Below, in pieces: positions 1 through 10,253 of a stretch of 64,000 nucleotides of DNA. The position numbers and the translations under genes were made by a program. The notes beneath the pieces were generated by a model that saw nothing but the letters and a program-made list of their open reading frames with translations, was not told the origin of the DNA and did no database searches. Each line of letters starts with the position of its first letter. The stretch's first letter is position 1. The stretch lies in the IMG/VR virus record IMGVR_UViG_3300005518_000017, positions 4,629 to 68,628 of that record; one strand, 5' to 3'. This DNA is from a virus.

Positions 1-1346
1 GCCGCGAGCAATACTCGATAGTGCGCTACACTTTTTCCGCCGTCACGATGCAACCGTCCAAGGTCCTGTTTAAACGATACTGCACTGTGGGTGGGCATGA
101 TCAATCCCATTCGCGGATGCGCCCCATCTAAATCTTGAAGGCTTACGCATATCCCTCCGGCTTCGGAATTGGCCAAGATTAGCCGGATATCATTTCGTTG
201 AAAGCTATCAATCACCGCGTCTCGATTTCTAACTCCCTCCGGCGAACCGTCAATGATTGCTTGACAGTTCAGCCGCTTGGACAATTCTTCTATCGTCTGC
301 CGGTAATTCACGAAAACCACTACGCTAAAACCTTTTTCGATATAGTCCGAAGCCAATTCCACGGCAATCGGCACTTTCAGTAATTCGATTTTCTGCCGCG
401 CGCGGAGAATGGTAGTCACGGCCAGCCCAGAATCATTTTCGCTTCGCTTGTCCAGCACCGTTAATGCTTCACTCATTTCGGCGTAGAGCCGGTCAATTTG
501 ACCCGCGCCATCGTCGAGGTCGTAAAGTTTTGCTTGGATTTCCCGTTTTGGGAAACCGGGGATATCTTCGCATCGCACTCGCACGCCACGCGCCGGTATG
601 ATGCTTTCATTGATCTGCCGCATTACCGCATTCTGTTTATCCTTACCGACCATCCACCGGAATCCCGGACCGGCGGGGTCTTTGCGGCATCCGTAGCGCC
701 TAGCCCATGCGTAGAATGAGCTACCGCCGCTGTGAAGATCGAGCACATAGCCAAGAGCCGACATTTGCAGCGGAGAACATGCTGCGGTTGCAGAAAGACC
801 GAGAATTTTACGACCTTTTGCTGCTTCCAGCATCCGCGCGTTCAAAGAACCGATGCCCCCGCAGCGGTGAACCTCGTCAAAAATGATTAGCTTCGCGCCG
901 GGATGAAAATGAAACTTACCGTAATTCCATTTTCGTTTTTTGATTATGACGCAATGCGCGCCAATGGGAGAGCAATAGCACGGCTGAAACTTCTCGAAGT
1001 CCACTTGTCTCTGACAGCACTGGCACACGAAAAATTCTTCTCGCTCGAATCCGGGCGGGGGCGAGTTATCCCACCAACCGAAAGGGGTCCTGCCAGTGCG
1101 AAGTTTTTCGTATCCGATTACTGTAAAAGAATCGTTGAAATGCGCGGCGGCTCGAAGCCACGAAGACCGGGCGATTTTAGGTGAGACAACTAGCGTTCCG
1201 ACGTTTAGCCGTTTCGCCACTGCGGCAGCGACGTAGGTCTTGCCCGTGCCGGTGTCGGAGAGATCAAAGGCCGAGCCAAAAGCGGTTAGCGTCGAGACCA
1301 GTTTTTCAACCGGAACAAGCTGATGTGGCCTAAGCAGGTTTTTCAA
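1..1346 (-). CDS. SF2 (SNF2/A18-like) DNA helicase, 3'-partial; runs off the left edge and is missing from the ORF track
   Basis: Manual translation from TTG at 1346: MKNLLRPHQ, Walker A DTGTGKTY, motif II IIFDEVHRC, motif III GLSAT, VFVNY, EAGGICVSL, QDLGRLHR; no stop before position 1. Confidence 0.9.
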   Translation of the reverse strand, partial: MKNLLRPHQLVPVEKLVSTLTAFGSAFDLSDTGTGKTYVAAAVAKRLNVGTLVVSPKIARSSWLRAAAHFNDSFTVIGYEKLRTGRTPFGWWDNSPPPGFEREEFFVCQCCQRQVDFEKFQPCYCSPIGAHCVIIKKRKWNYGKFHFHPGAKLIIFDEVHRCGGIGSLNARMLEAAKGRKILGLSATAACSPLQMSALGYVLDLHSGGSSFYAWARRYGCRKDPAGPGFRWMVGKDKQNAVMRQINESIIPARGVRVRCEDIPGFPKREIQAKLYDLDDGAGQIDRLYAEMSEALTVLDKRSENDSGLAVTTILRARQKIELLKVPIAVELASDYIEKGFSVVVFVNYRQTIEELSKRLNCQAIIDGSPEGVRNRDAVIDSFQRNDIRLILANSEAGGICVSLQDLDGAHPRMGLIMPTHSAVSFKQDLGRLHRDGGKSVAHYRVLLA

Positions 1347-1640
1347 TCACATCCAATTTGGCCGGACACCCGGAGGGAGCGGCACTCGCACTGGAGTATG
1401 TCGAATTTCAGCATTGTCGAGCGCGCAGTAGAAATTCTCAACGGTCCCGTATCCCGAATATTCCATGCGAAATGACTCTACTGTTGCCTCTGGAATTTGT
1501 TCTCGTGGTAGGTGAATGATTACATCCCAAAAAAAAGGTTGCCTTCGCCATTGTGATACCGGGCGCGTCAGTAACAGCCACGCGGCAAACAGACCGAAAA
1601 TGCTAGTGTCGAGGAATCGCGGGACGTTTTTCAATTGCAT
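1347..1640 (-). CDS. hypothetical protein
   Basis: ORF packed between the HD gene and the helicase; its stop abuts the helicase start. Confidence 0.5.
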   Translation of the reverse strand: MQLKNVPRFLDTSIFGLFAAWLLLTRPVSQWRRQPFFWDVIIHLPREQIPEATVESFRMEYSGYGTVENFYCALDNAEIRHTPVRVPLPPGVRPNWM

Positions 1641-2163
1641 CTTTCTCACATTTCTTACGCAGCCAATCATACCACTGTGCATCTGAATCGAATACCCGGC
1701 CTCCATTCGCTGCGGCTTCTCGATACTCTTTCAATTCCCCGGAAAGCCGGGCGCGAAAGATATAGAACCACGGAGGATCGAATGCTGGCGACATCTTGTC
1801 GGCCCAGCAAAGCTGAGAGGGTTGTTCTCGTTCTTTTGCGGATAAGTATCGGCTATGATATCGAACCAACTCGAATAAATCAATGGCGCGACATACTCGT
1901 TTAACCTGACTTTCTCCGAATAATCGACTCCATTTGATGGATATCTTTGCGATCAACTGTGCGCCAAAAATCGGGTGTCGTTCGCCCTTTTCATCGTCCA
2001 TTTTTTCGCAGCCCCAGTAGCCCCAATCATGAACCAGAATCGCGATCCAATCCCAGCCGCGCGGCCACTTGCCATAGAGCCGCCGCCATCCGCGCGCGAC
2101 AGTAATCGGATGCCAGAAAAATTGATGGACTCCAAAAAGTAAGGATTTAGTCCCGGTTGTCAT
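1603..2163 (-). CDS. HD-domain phosphohydrolase-like protein
   Basis: H...VHDWGY...E.HP..GA...YH...WADK pattern; likely start MTTGTKSLLFGVHQF at 2163. Confidence 0.7.
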   Translation of the reverse strand: MTTGTKSLLFGVHQFFWHPITVARGWRRLYGKWPRGWDWIAILVHDWGYWGCEKMDDEKGERHPIFGAQLIAKISIKWSRLFGESQVKRVCRAIDLFELVRYHSRYLSAKEREQPSQLCWADKMSPAFDPPWFYIFRARLSGELKEYREAAANGGRVFDSDAQWYDWLRKKCEKDAIEKRPAIPRH

Positions 2164-2578
2164 ACTCCAGCAGCCGGAATCCCCATCTAATAATTGAGTC
2201 TTTGAACCGGGTTTCTTCGATCCGTCGTGGGATTTGATTTCCACTATCAACGAGCCAGCCATTTTCCACGATGACATAATGACCCGGACCGTCGTCCACG
2301 ACAAAAAGTAGCCATTCCTCCGGGTGATTACGGGAATATTCTAACACAAGCTTGGCAGAGTAAGCGAAAAAATAAATCATGTCAAACTCGATGCCGAATC
2401 CAGCGCAGACATCTCGCAAGAACTCCCAAGGAACGCCGAGGGCTGGGTCCGCCCGGCGTTTCGCCAGTTCGGCGTTACACCATGATACCGGCTTGCCGGT
2501 AATTGACGACAGCACCGCAGGTCCACACCAGAGTTTCTGGCCGGGACAATCGTTATTTACGGGAGACAGCTTTAGCAT
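2147..2578 (-). CDS. papain-fold C39-like cysteine peptidase
   Basis: WCGPAVL (catalytic Cys), GHYVIV (His), LVD (Asp). Confidence 0.6.
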   Translation of the reverse strand: MLKLSPVNNDCPGQKLWCGPAVLSSITGKPVSWCNAELAKRRADPALGVPWEFLRDVCAGFGIEFDMIYFFAYSAKLVLEYSRNHPEEWLLFVVDDGPGHYVIVENGWLVDSGNQIPRRIEETRFKDSIIRWGFRLLEYDNRD

Positions 2579-3570
2579 TAGATCACAATTGCGGGGGCGG
2601 AACCGGGGGCAGCGACTCCGCCGCCGATTGCCGACAAAAATTCGGCTACGGTATAAAGCCGGGGCGACGGCGGTGGTTTACTGCTATTCCAAATTACGTT
2701 TAGCTTCGACCCAGTTCTCTGCGCAGAAATTTTTCGAGTCACATCAGCGTCGATTGCTGCCGCCAGTTTTTCAGAATAATCGCTGACTACCGGCGATTTG
2801 GAATCCAGCCCGTCTTTCTTTAGCCGTAACGCCCATTCGTCTGATGTCGTCAAGACGTGATAGTGACGAAAACCAAATTCTTGCATCCGTTTAAACTCAT
2901 GCTCGAATCGGACGCTGGTAGTAGCGACGCGTGCGTCTGGTGTATCTGCGAGAAACGCTTCCATGCGCATAATCACCGCGTCGAGCCAAATATTGTCATC
3001 GTAGCCGAAGGCATCCCAATTGACTTTAAAGTCTTTGATTTCCGAGTGCCGCCCGCCGAACCCGGAAGCCGCGTGTTCCCGGACGAGATTCACAAAATTC
3101 GCGCGCTCGATTGACACTGGATACTGTTCGTTGATCACCCCTCGGCCAAGCTGTCCGCATTGTTGAAGAAATTTGCGCGCGCCGTGCTTGTCTTTGTCTT
3201 CGACGCCGAAAAAATATTTCAACAGAAAGTAAAGCGGCTCGGAGAATCCGAAAATCTTTGCGCCGGTGAGTCCTGCCACGTGATCTTTACCAGCCTTAAG
3301 ACGACCGGTATAAAAAACCTTGGCGCCATCGATTGCCTTCGAGGACGGTTTGGCCGCTTCTGGCGGGGCAACTGGGGTGCTGTGTTTTTTTTCGATGGCG
3401 TTTACTCCTGCCACGAGAGATTCTACGCGCGCGCCGGTGATTTCAGGATTATTCAAGAAACCCACAAGGTCTCGCATCACGGCGGCGTCATTGCCGCGCG
3501 CGGCGGGGTCTAGCGGCCTTTTTAAAGTTGTGACGAGTAGGTCTTTGGTGTTTTCAATATTTTCGGGCAT
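2578..3570 (-). CDS. deoxynucleoside monophosphate kinase-like protein (T4 gp1 type)
   Basis: P-loop TGRLKAGKD, FSEPLY, RKFLQQCG...R, NIW, VRFEHE. Confidence 0.75.
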   Translation of the reverse strand: MPENIENTKDLLVTTLKRPLDPAARGNDAAVMRDLVGFLNNPEITGARVESLVAGVNAIEKKHSTPVAPPEAAKPSSKAIDGAKVFYTGRLKAGKDHVAGLTGAKIFGFSEPLYFLLKYFFGVEDKDKHGARKFLQQCGQLGRGVINEQYPVSIERANFVNLVREHAASGFGGRHSEIKDFKVNWDAFGYDDNIWLDAVIMRMEAFLADTPDARVATTSVRFEHEFKRMQEFGFRHYHVLTTSDEWALRLKKDGLDSKSPVVSDYSEKLAAAIDADVTRKISAQRTGSKLNVIWNSSKPPPSPRLYTVAEFLSAIGGGVAAPGSAPAIVI

Positions 3571-3874
3571 ATTTAATAGTGTGTTAATGAGGGCGAGAAA
3601 AACGAAATTTTTTCAATTGCAAGGGCTGTTCGATCCAAGAAAGCGCATTCGGACAAACTCGACGGCCTGACTCGACGCCGAGGTCTCATAATACATCCAG
3701 CCATCGGCAAAAATAGTCGTGTTCGTTGCCAATTCCCAGTGCTTCAGGTCCCGGCTTATTTCAAATCGCCAGCGGTCGCACGGATTGGTTTGAGACCAAT
3801 ATTGGATTTGATTTTCCGGCATCGAGGGACGACGAATTATGAATTTCATTTTGGGTCGCGTGCAGCCAAAATTT

Positions 3875-4099
3875 TCAAATTAGCTCCGGGGCGAGAATTT
3901 CAACTTGCCATCTTATGCCCCGCTTAGAAGTGGAATAAAATAACTCATCTTGCGTAACGACATCTCCGACGTAAATCCGGTAAAAAGTATTTCCTAGACC
4001 GGCAGGGCGGATGGGAAAATGCGCCCGGTTCTCTAACTTCTCCAGCCGATACGCTGGGGCTGATGTCGCCCTAACTCGCCGAAAAATTGCTTTATACAC
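3875..4099 (-). CDS. hypothetical protein
   Basis: Co-oriented ORF overlapping its neighbour in the leftward block. Confidence 0.5.
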   Translation of the reverse strand: MYKAIFRRVRATSAPAYRLEKLENRAHFPIRPAGLGNTFYRIYVGDVVTQDELFYSTSKRGIRWQVEILAPELI

Positions 4100-4583
4100 G
4101 ATCCGCTCCTTTCGGCGCGCGCGCCGTTAACGCGGATTCGGCGGCTTCGATCACCATGTCTTGCCCAGCAGCGGCGATATTGAGCAGCGCGAGACCCTCT
4201 TGTTTGCGCGCCTCGAACACCGTTCGCTCTGCCTTCCCGGCGGCGTTGGGCGGTTCCATTGCTTCGAGCCGGATGAAACGGTCTTGAAGTCCCTGCCTTC
4301 GGGCGACGGCGCGGCGGTAGATTTTCTGAAGCTGGAGATAAGTTTTTTGGGACATCTTCGCCGTGACCTTTGCCTCGATTGGCTTCTTTTCCAGAGTGGA
4401 GACGAAAACTTTGCTCCGGGCGTCCCGAAAGACTTTGCGCATTCGGTTAGTCAGCTTTGCGCCGGGGGCAGTCAACATGGACGTGGCCACTTCGTAAGGC
4501 ATTGTATCCCGCTCCGCCAGCCGGTATGTTGGGGTAGTGATTTCTGGCGTGTTTCTGATGTGTTCAATTTCTTCTTTTTTCAT
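4092..4583 (-). CDS. hypothetical basic helical protein
   Basis: ORF with probable start MKKEEIEH at 4583. Confidence 0.55.
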   Translation of the reverse strand: MKKEEIEHIRNTPEITTPTYRLAERDTMPYEVATSMLTAPGAKLTNRMRKVFRDARSKVFVSTLEKKPIEAKVTAKMSQKTYLQLQKIYRRAVARRQGLQDRFIRLEAMEPPNAAGKAERTVFEARKQEGLALLNIAAAGQDMVIEAAESALTARAPKGADRV

Positions 4584-4862
4584 AGTTTTGTCATAATTAC
4601 AGTTTGTTGTCAGTGACCCAGCGAATTCGCCGATGCCACAACAGCAGTGGCGCGGAAAAATGATCGGTATGCCCTTCAGTCGCCCATTTCGTAAGCAAAC
4701 TGTATCATGCGCTGGCAATATTCCAACTTCTTTTTCTGATTGCGGGGGTTGATTTGCTCACGACAGCAATGCTTTCACGAAGCCGTAGACCAGCACGAGT
4801 GCCGAGCCGACGACGATTATAGTCATGTAGTCAAATGCTTGATTTGGTGTCATATTTTTAGT

Positions 4863-5156
4863 TTAGGTGCAACAGCCGCAGCAAGGAGCATCCTCGCATC
4901 GGCCATTAGCGTTTTGAGTGATAACTGCGCCGGAAGAAAATCGAATTACTGAAAGCCCACGACGGGCTAGTCGGCGGTCGCTTTTGAGAACTTCAGAGGA
5001 CGGGGGCCACGGATTGACATTTTCGCAATCAATCGCCGGACTACAATTGGCATGACGAGCGCGGCCTTTACGAAAGTAATCAATAGTCTCGCCGGGCACG
5101 ATATCGCACCCACAGGTGAAACATTGGCCGGGATATTTAGCTGTCATCGTTTTCAT
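4863..5156 (-). CDS. Cys-rich small phage protein
   Basis: AKYPGQCxxC...H.C and C-terminal GRCEDAPCCGCC. Confidence 0.6.
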   Translation of the reverse strand: MKTMTAKYPGQCFTCGCDIVPGETIDYFRKGRARHANCSPAIDCENVNPWPPSSEVLKSDRRLARRGLSVIRFSSGAVITQNANGRCEDAPCCGCCT

Positions 5157-5245
5157 ACCAATACTATCGGCTATTTCGTTTAAATAATCAAGCTTTATTT
5201 TCAACTTTGTTTTCGGCTTTTTTCGTCGGTAAAACCATAGGGTTT

Positions 5246-5629
5246 TCAGTAGACATAGGTTATTTCAGTCGCGCGGGAATCAAAAAATTTAACGGCTCGC
5301 AATAGCCCATTGGCAGTCCAGCCGTTTTCAGGCGTCACGAATTTCCCAACCGGGCAAGGATCGGTCCGCTCATTGTCCACGACTGACCACGTTCCGCCGT
5401 AACGGAAAAGAACGATGGCGTGAATACCGGTATGGTCCCGGTGCCGCCAACGGTAATGAATCACGTGTGCAGTGTATCCGCGCGACTCCAAATCAGATTC
5501 CACGGCCTTTGCGTAAATCGAACACTGGCCTTTGACCCGTGCGCCGGGATAGGAACGCCAATCAACAATATGACACCAACTGGCCGAAGCCGATTGCACG
5601 AGCAATAAAAAGAGAATCAGTTTCTTCAT
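5246..5629 (-). CDS. secreted transglutaminase/papain-like protein
   Basis: Signal peptide MKKLILFLLLVQSASA; GQCSIYA...HAIV...VVDN (C-H-D triad spacing). Confidence 0.55.
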   Translation of the reverse strand: MKKLILFLLLVQSASASWCHIVDWRSYPGARVKGQCSIYAKAVESDLESRGYTAHVIHYRWRHRDHTGIHAIVLFRYGGTWSVVDNERTDPCPVGKFVTPENGWTANGLLRAVKFFDSRATEITYVY

Positions 5630-7000
5630 ATAGAAATCTCGTGCTTGGCCCGTTCGGCGAGCCGCGAGTTCAATTCTTTTTCCGCTTCAGCGTAGGTCTC
5701 GAACGGCATGGAGATAGGATACTTCCCGCCGTGGTATCGGCTATCTCGAAAGACTAATCGCCATTTCAGATTACAATTACCAAAAACGCCGGGGGCGTTC
5801 GGAAGTATTTGCGAATTGGCGAGTATCATACTGTCGGTCTGGTGTTACTTCGTCGGGCAGTCACCACCACGTCCCATCTATCCGGGCGAAAGTAAAAGTT
5901 GAAAATTCTGCGCGCCTCCGCGATGGCCGCTGCTTCATCCTCGGCCCAGAGTGTGAGCCACGACGTATTGCCGTCAATAATTATGTCCCACGCGGGTTTC
6001 ATATCAATCTGACAATATTATCGTCAGGACGTTCAAAGACTTTAGGACTTTTTCTTAGCCCCCCGGATTCGCCGCAGCCGCAATCGAGAACGGAGGCGGG
6101 AGCGACACCGTGGGCCAATTATGCGCTCAGTGGCGGCGCAAAAAGGAACGACGGTCTGATCCCCGAAATATTGAAGTTCGAGGGAGGGCTAGAACGGTGA
6201 AAAAAATCGCCGGTCATGTATCATTCCACGCAACCGCCGAGACTGATTCTCCCTCCAAGTGCTTAATTCCTGTGCATCCTGTGTATTGGTATTCGCCGGA
6301 CCGGTATCAAGACGCGGAGCAGAACATTGGCACTTACTGCTAAAAGTCTCGCCCGGCATCAAGCCACGCAGCCGTTTGCATTTTACCGTTTCGTTGATTA
6401 CTCTGGGCGGCGGACCCTGCGGAGAAACCCCGTCCCATCTGTAAGGGTCACTCGGTTTTTCCTCAAAAATCGTTCCGAACCCACCGCCGACGAATATATA
6501 CCTACGCTCAAACTCTCGCATTTACATTCGCATTTTCATTTAACCTAGTTAGTTTCCAGCCCGCCAGTTTGCAAGCGGACTTTACTTCTTCAAACGTTCT
6601 ACCGAAAAATCTATCCCGCAATATCGGCGCGCAAGCCATCACTATGCCGTCCTGCCGGACCACCAATCCCGCGCAGAACATTCGAGATTCGACTTGATAC
6701 ACCGAGGGCGCAACGTAGCGGTTGGCCGGGGATTTCATAGCCCGGCTTTGTCTTTTGCTTTGACAACACAATTCCGGACTTCCTCGAACCGCAAATAAAT
6801 TTCTCGCAGACTGGACGAAGAACGGTCGAGATAAGGAAAGTCCTGCCGTAATTTGTCCAAAGAAATTGCTTTATACGGCACCGGGCCGGGCATCACGACC
6901 TTTAAGTTCGCGAAAAAACGATGATATTTTGGTTTCGTATTCGCACTTAACTTTAGCCGCTACCGCGTCGTATTCCTCCTGTGTGAGCAAATACTGCATA

Positions 7001-7216
7001 TCAGTCCAGCGGCTTTGTGGCCCCAGACGGAACGCCGTAGAACTTGCGCTGGCGACCGGGGCTTATTCGGATGAATCCATCGTCGTTTTTCGGAAACCGG
7101 ATGGCTTCAAAATTACGCTTCCAATTAGCGTCGTGCCTGTATCTTGGGCTGTCGCCTTTGCCCGCGCCGGAGGAACCTATTCCCATATCGCGATTTGTTC
7201 CTGAGTGTTTTGGCAT
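7001..7216 (-). CDS. small phage protein with GKGDSPR motif
   Basis: GAGKGDSPR...W.RNFEAI, a pattern recurrent in small phage ORFs. Confidence 0.55.
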   Translation of the reverse strand: MPKHSGTNRDMGIGSSGAGKGDSPRYRHDANWKRNFEAIRFPKNDDGFIRISPGRQRKFYGVPSGATKPLD

Positions 7217-7475
7217 AACTAATTATAGACCGGTGACCATTGCAGCTTTGCGGTTACCTTCCCAACATGAGCATCGGGGCGAAGAATGTATAGACTTCCA
7301 TCAATCAGGGATATAACCCTTCGGTTATCTAACTTTGTCCCGGCGTAGCAAATCATCAGCATCCCGGCGAAAGAAAAAATGTCACCGATTTCTATTTTAT
7401 CGGCGTCTGTAAATTTTTCTTCTGGTAAAATTGGAATTTTTTCGACGTGTATTATAGGCATTACGATTCTGCTTT

Positions 7476-8078
7476 CTAATTTTTGGTTTTCGGCCCGGCG
7501 ATGAATTTTAAAATCCGTCGCAGCACGCCGGAGTCTGCGCTGCATTTGTCCACCTTGTCCACACCCCACACTTTCACGTCTTCTTCGACTTTAGACGCCA
7601 TGACTTCAAGTTGCTGCTTCATCCCGAAGTGTTGCGCGCGCGGCATCAGCCCGCAGTGGGAAAACGGTTTTCCCATTGTCATTTCGCCGCAGTCGGCGGA
7701 GATTGCAAGGGGAATAATCCAGCGCAGATTGTCGATTACGTTCGATACCTGCGACAGCGAAGCCAGATCGACGACGAAAATTTCTTCCTCGGTCACTGTT
7801 TCCACGGTGCCGAACGCCTCGTGAAACGCCCGAAAAAAGTAAACTGTGGCATCCGGCAGCACCATCGTAAAGAAGTGATCCCATAAATCCAGTTCCGTGC
7901 GCACCCCAGTTTCTTCCAAAAATTCGCGGACCATTGCTTGCTTTGGTTTTTCGCCCCGCTCGATACTTCCGCCCATTCCGTTAAGTTTCCCCGCCTGCCA
8001 GTCCGGCTTAATCTTCTTGATCAAGACCACCTTGGTCTTTTCGGGGTTAAATAGAAATCCAACTACATAGTGCTGCAT
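7476..8078 (-). CDS. Nudix (MutT-like) hydrolase
   Basis: Nudix box GGSIERGEKPKQAMVREFLEETGV; likely start MQHYVVGF. Confidence 0.9.
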   Translation of the reverse strand: MQHYVVGFLFNPEKTKVVLIKKIKPDWQAGKLNGMGGSIERGEKPKQAMVREFLEETGVRTELDLWDHFFTMVLPDATVYFFRAFHEAFGTVETVTEEEIFVVDLASLSQVSNVIDNLRWIIPLAISADCGEMTMGKPFSHCGLMPRAQHFGMKQQLEVMASKVEEDVKVWGVDKVDKCSADSGVLRRILKFIAGPKTKN

Positions 8079-8132
8079 ACTATTTAAAATTGAGATTAGC
8101 AAATTCTCCAAAGAGGCGGATTGCGGCGGCAC

Positions 8133-8507
8133 TCATTGTGGTTGAGTAGATTGCACGCGGCGGGCCTCAAGTTCTGCCTTCTCTTCTGCCTGCACATGAG
8201 CAACGCGCGAAAGAAGTCCTTTAACGCCTTGGACTAGCGGAATGAATTCGTGCTGGAGCACGACCCAACTGCCCAGCAACTCGGCGGCGTGATTGTATAG
8301 CTCGTTCCGAATAAAGCCCTCCAGCCCTTGCTGCTCGGCATCGCCGGTCTTTGTGCGGATGACCTGCGACTTCAAGTCGCGAAGCTTGTGAATGGCTTGC
8401 TGAAGATTTCCGACCAACGGAAAGGTTAATGGAGATATCGAAGGCAGTTCTCCAACGGGTTGATCGACGACAATTGGTGTTATTGGTGACTTTGTGTTTT
8501 TACTCAT
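8133..8507 (-). CDS. hypothetical helical protein
   Basis: Co-oriented ORF of about 124 aa. Confidence 0.55.
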   Translation of the reverse strand: MSKNTKSPITPIVVDQPVGELPSISPLTFPLVGNLQQAIHKLRDLKSQVIRTKTGDAEQQGLEGFIRNELYNHAAELLGSWVVLQHEFIPLVQGVKGLLSRVAHVQAEEKAELEARRVQSTQPQ

Positions 8508-8571
8508 TGCCACAGACTTTAGCACTTCTTTGCGCGAGTCACAACAACTTTTTAATTTTTCTTTTCGCGGG

Positions 8572-9243
8572 TCAGTGTTCGTCGTTATCGTGAGGATTCT
8601 CCGCCGATTTCTTTTCGTTAGCTAACGCTTGACCTTGCGCCAACTGGGCATCGAAAAGCCGGGCGCGAATGGAATTCGAGGAGTTAGCGGCGGTCATCGC
8701 TTGGGCTAATTTCATATGCAGGTCTGCCGCGCTGATGCTATCGTCACCGTCTTCTTTTCGACGCGCCCTCTCTGGTGCAGTATCATTGAGCGCCGCATAA
8801 GACATCGCCGCCATTTTTTCCAATGCTGACGCCAAATCCGCAAGTGCCCTTGTGGACATACCCCCTCGCATTACTTCACCACTCTTCAAATGAATTTTCT
8901 CAGGATTTATGAACTGATCTCTAAATTCCTGAGCCGTGAATCCGGTTAACTCAGTCACTACTCGCTCAAGTTGCATTCGGAATCGATGCGCGAGGACAAA
9001 ATTCAAAGCGCGATTGCACGCGCGTTCCACATCACCGGGCCGCGTCGATTTTCGCAATTCAATAATTGGCTTAATCCGAGTAATCCAGCCGTCTGTATCG
9101 GCAATCTCAAGCACTTGCTCTGGCCGAATGTTCAGTGCCATTGCAGTTCGTTCCAAGTCCCCGGCGAAAGAAGCGTAAACCAGAAAAGCTTGAGCACGGT
9201 CAAAAGTCTGCGGGAGTAAATTATTGGGCGTTGGTAGTGGCAT
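8572..9243 (-). CDS. N-terminal HTH protein, candidate terminase small subunit
   Basis: AFLVY...LERTAMALNIRPEQV...GW HTH followed by helical hairpins; no terS is evident next to terL. Confidence 0.4.
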   Translation of the reverse strand: MPLPTPNNLLPQTFDRAQAFLVYASFAGDLERTAMALNIRPEQVLEIADTDGWITRIKPIIELRKSTRPGDVERACNRALNFVLAHRFRMQLERVVTELTGFTAQEFRDQFINPEKIHLKSGEVMRGGMSTRALADLASALEKMAAMSYAALNDTAPERARRKEDGDDSISAADLHMKLAQAMTAANSSNSIRARLFDAQLAQGQALANEKKSAENPHDNDEH

Positions 9244-9304
9244 ATTTTTGTAGATATTGTACTTCAAAAGAATCCTGAAAACCCCCAAGGGGGGCCCCCC
9301 CATG

Positions 9305-9463
9305 TTACACGTTAATTGAACCGATGTCCCTCCGCCATTCCAGCCGTTTCTGCTGCCGCCGTTCGGACTTGGCGAGCCGGGCTAGTCGTTTAACTTCTTT
9401 GGGCTGTTCCCGAAAAAGTAATTCATCTGGGTCGTATTTAGGTGCCGGGGGTCCCTTTTTCAT
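9305..9463 (-). CDS. 52-aa basic protein (not in ORF track)
   Basis: MKKGPPAPKYDPDELLFRE...; directly preceded by the ACACTATTAAAT promoter motif. Confidence 0.5.
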   Translation of the reverse strand: MKKGPPAPKYDPDELLFREQPKEVKRLARLAKSERRQQKRLEWRRDIGSINV

Positions 9464-9571
9464 CTATTTAATAGTGTATTCAAAGGCACGAAAAAGATGA
9501 ATTATTTTTCACTTTTCGCTTGAGTATTTCGCCGGTTTAACCAAAACAGCACCAGCACGCACCTTTTTTTT

Positions 9572-10231
9572 TTACACATCGAAGGTCCAAATTTCTTTTT
9601 CCCGGACCGGGTCAAAACCTCGGCGCCCAAAGCCGGAATTGTGCAACTCTTCGCGGACGGCGTCCCACCATTTCAACGGGTCAGCACCCACATGCCGCAA
9701 TATCTCCAGAACGGTTAGGCTTACCGTGGCTTCGCCGGGATGACATTTAGCCCAATCGTCGATGACCTTAGTCATACGGTAAAGAAACTCGGTTATAGTA
9801 AACCGGCGGTCTAAATCTGGACGAAGGGCTTTCTTGCTGCGTAAGAACTTTCGTAGACGAAAAATTGTGTTGGGATGGCCGTTACCGTCGTGCCGCATTT
9901 GATCCAGCCGGGCCGTAGCCTCTTCAACTGTGAGACGGGGCCGGGGCCGGGGCCCCTTACGCTCCAATTCTGGCGGTAGCATCCCAGCAGCGCGAAGAAA
10001 TCGGCGCAGGTTACAGATTTGAGACGGGCACCCGCGAGTATCGAGGAGATGCTTCAGCTTGGCTATTTTCACTTCCACCGAGGCCGCAACAGAACGTTTT
10101 TCAAGTTCTGGGGGCAATACGCCCTCGAATCGCAGCGCACGCCGCAAGAGGCAAATCCGGGACGGATCGCCGTTAGATTTCAGTAATTCAGTCAGCTTGG
10201 CTATTCGTTGTTCAGTAGTGTGTGGTTTCAT
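9572..10231 (-). CDS. basic protein with three ~45-aa internal repeats
   Basis: IAKLxxLL..G.PS.IC.LRR.LR..G.LPPELE twice plus a third degenerate copy. Confidence 0.65.
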   Translation of the reverse strand: MKPHTTEQRIAKLTELLKSNGDPSRICLLRRALRFEGVLPPELEKRSVAASVEVKIAKLKHLLDTRGCPSQICNLRRFLRAAGMLPPELERKGPRPRPRLTVEEATARLDQMRHDGNGHPNTIFRLRKFLRSKKALRPDLDRRFTITEFLYRMTKVIDDWAKCHPGEATVSLTVLEILRHVGADPLKWWDAVREELHNSGFGRRGFDPVREKEIWTFDV

Positions 10232-10253
10232 GGTAATGAGTGTAGCCGATTAG

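Noticed and set aside
845-870. Apparent frameshift after DEVH in the helicase
   Set aside because: Recounting the G run (TGC GGG GGC ATC) shows a continuous frame; the gene is missing from the track only because it lacks a stop in the window.
2616-2650. Diversity-generating retroelement template/variable repeat pair
   Set aside because: Only 35 bp, identical with no adenine-specific mismatches, and no reverse transcriptase in the window.
4084-6877. 14-bp repeat aaattgctttatac at about 4084 and 6863
   Set aside because: Matches of this length are expected by chance in 64 kb.
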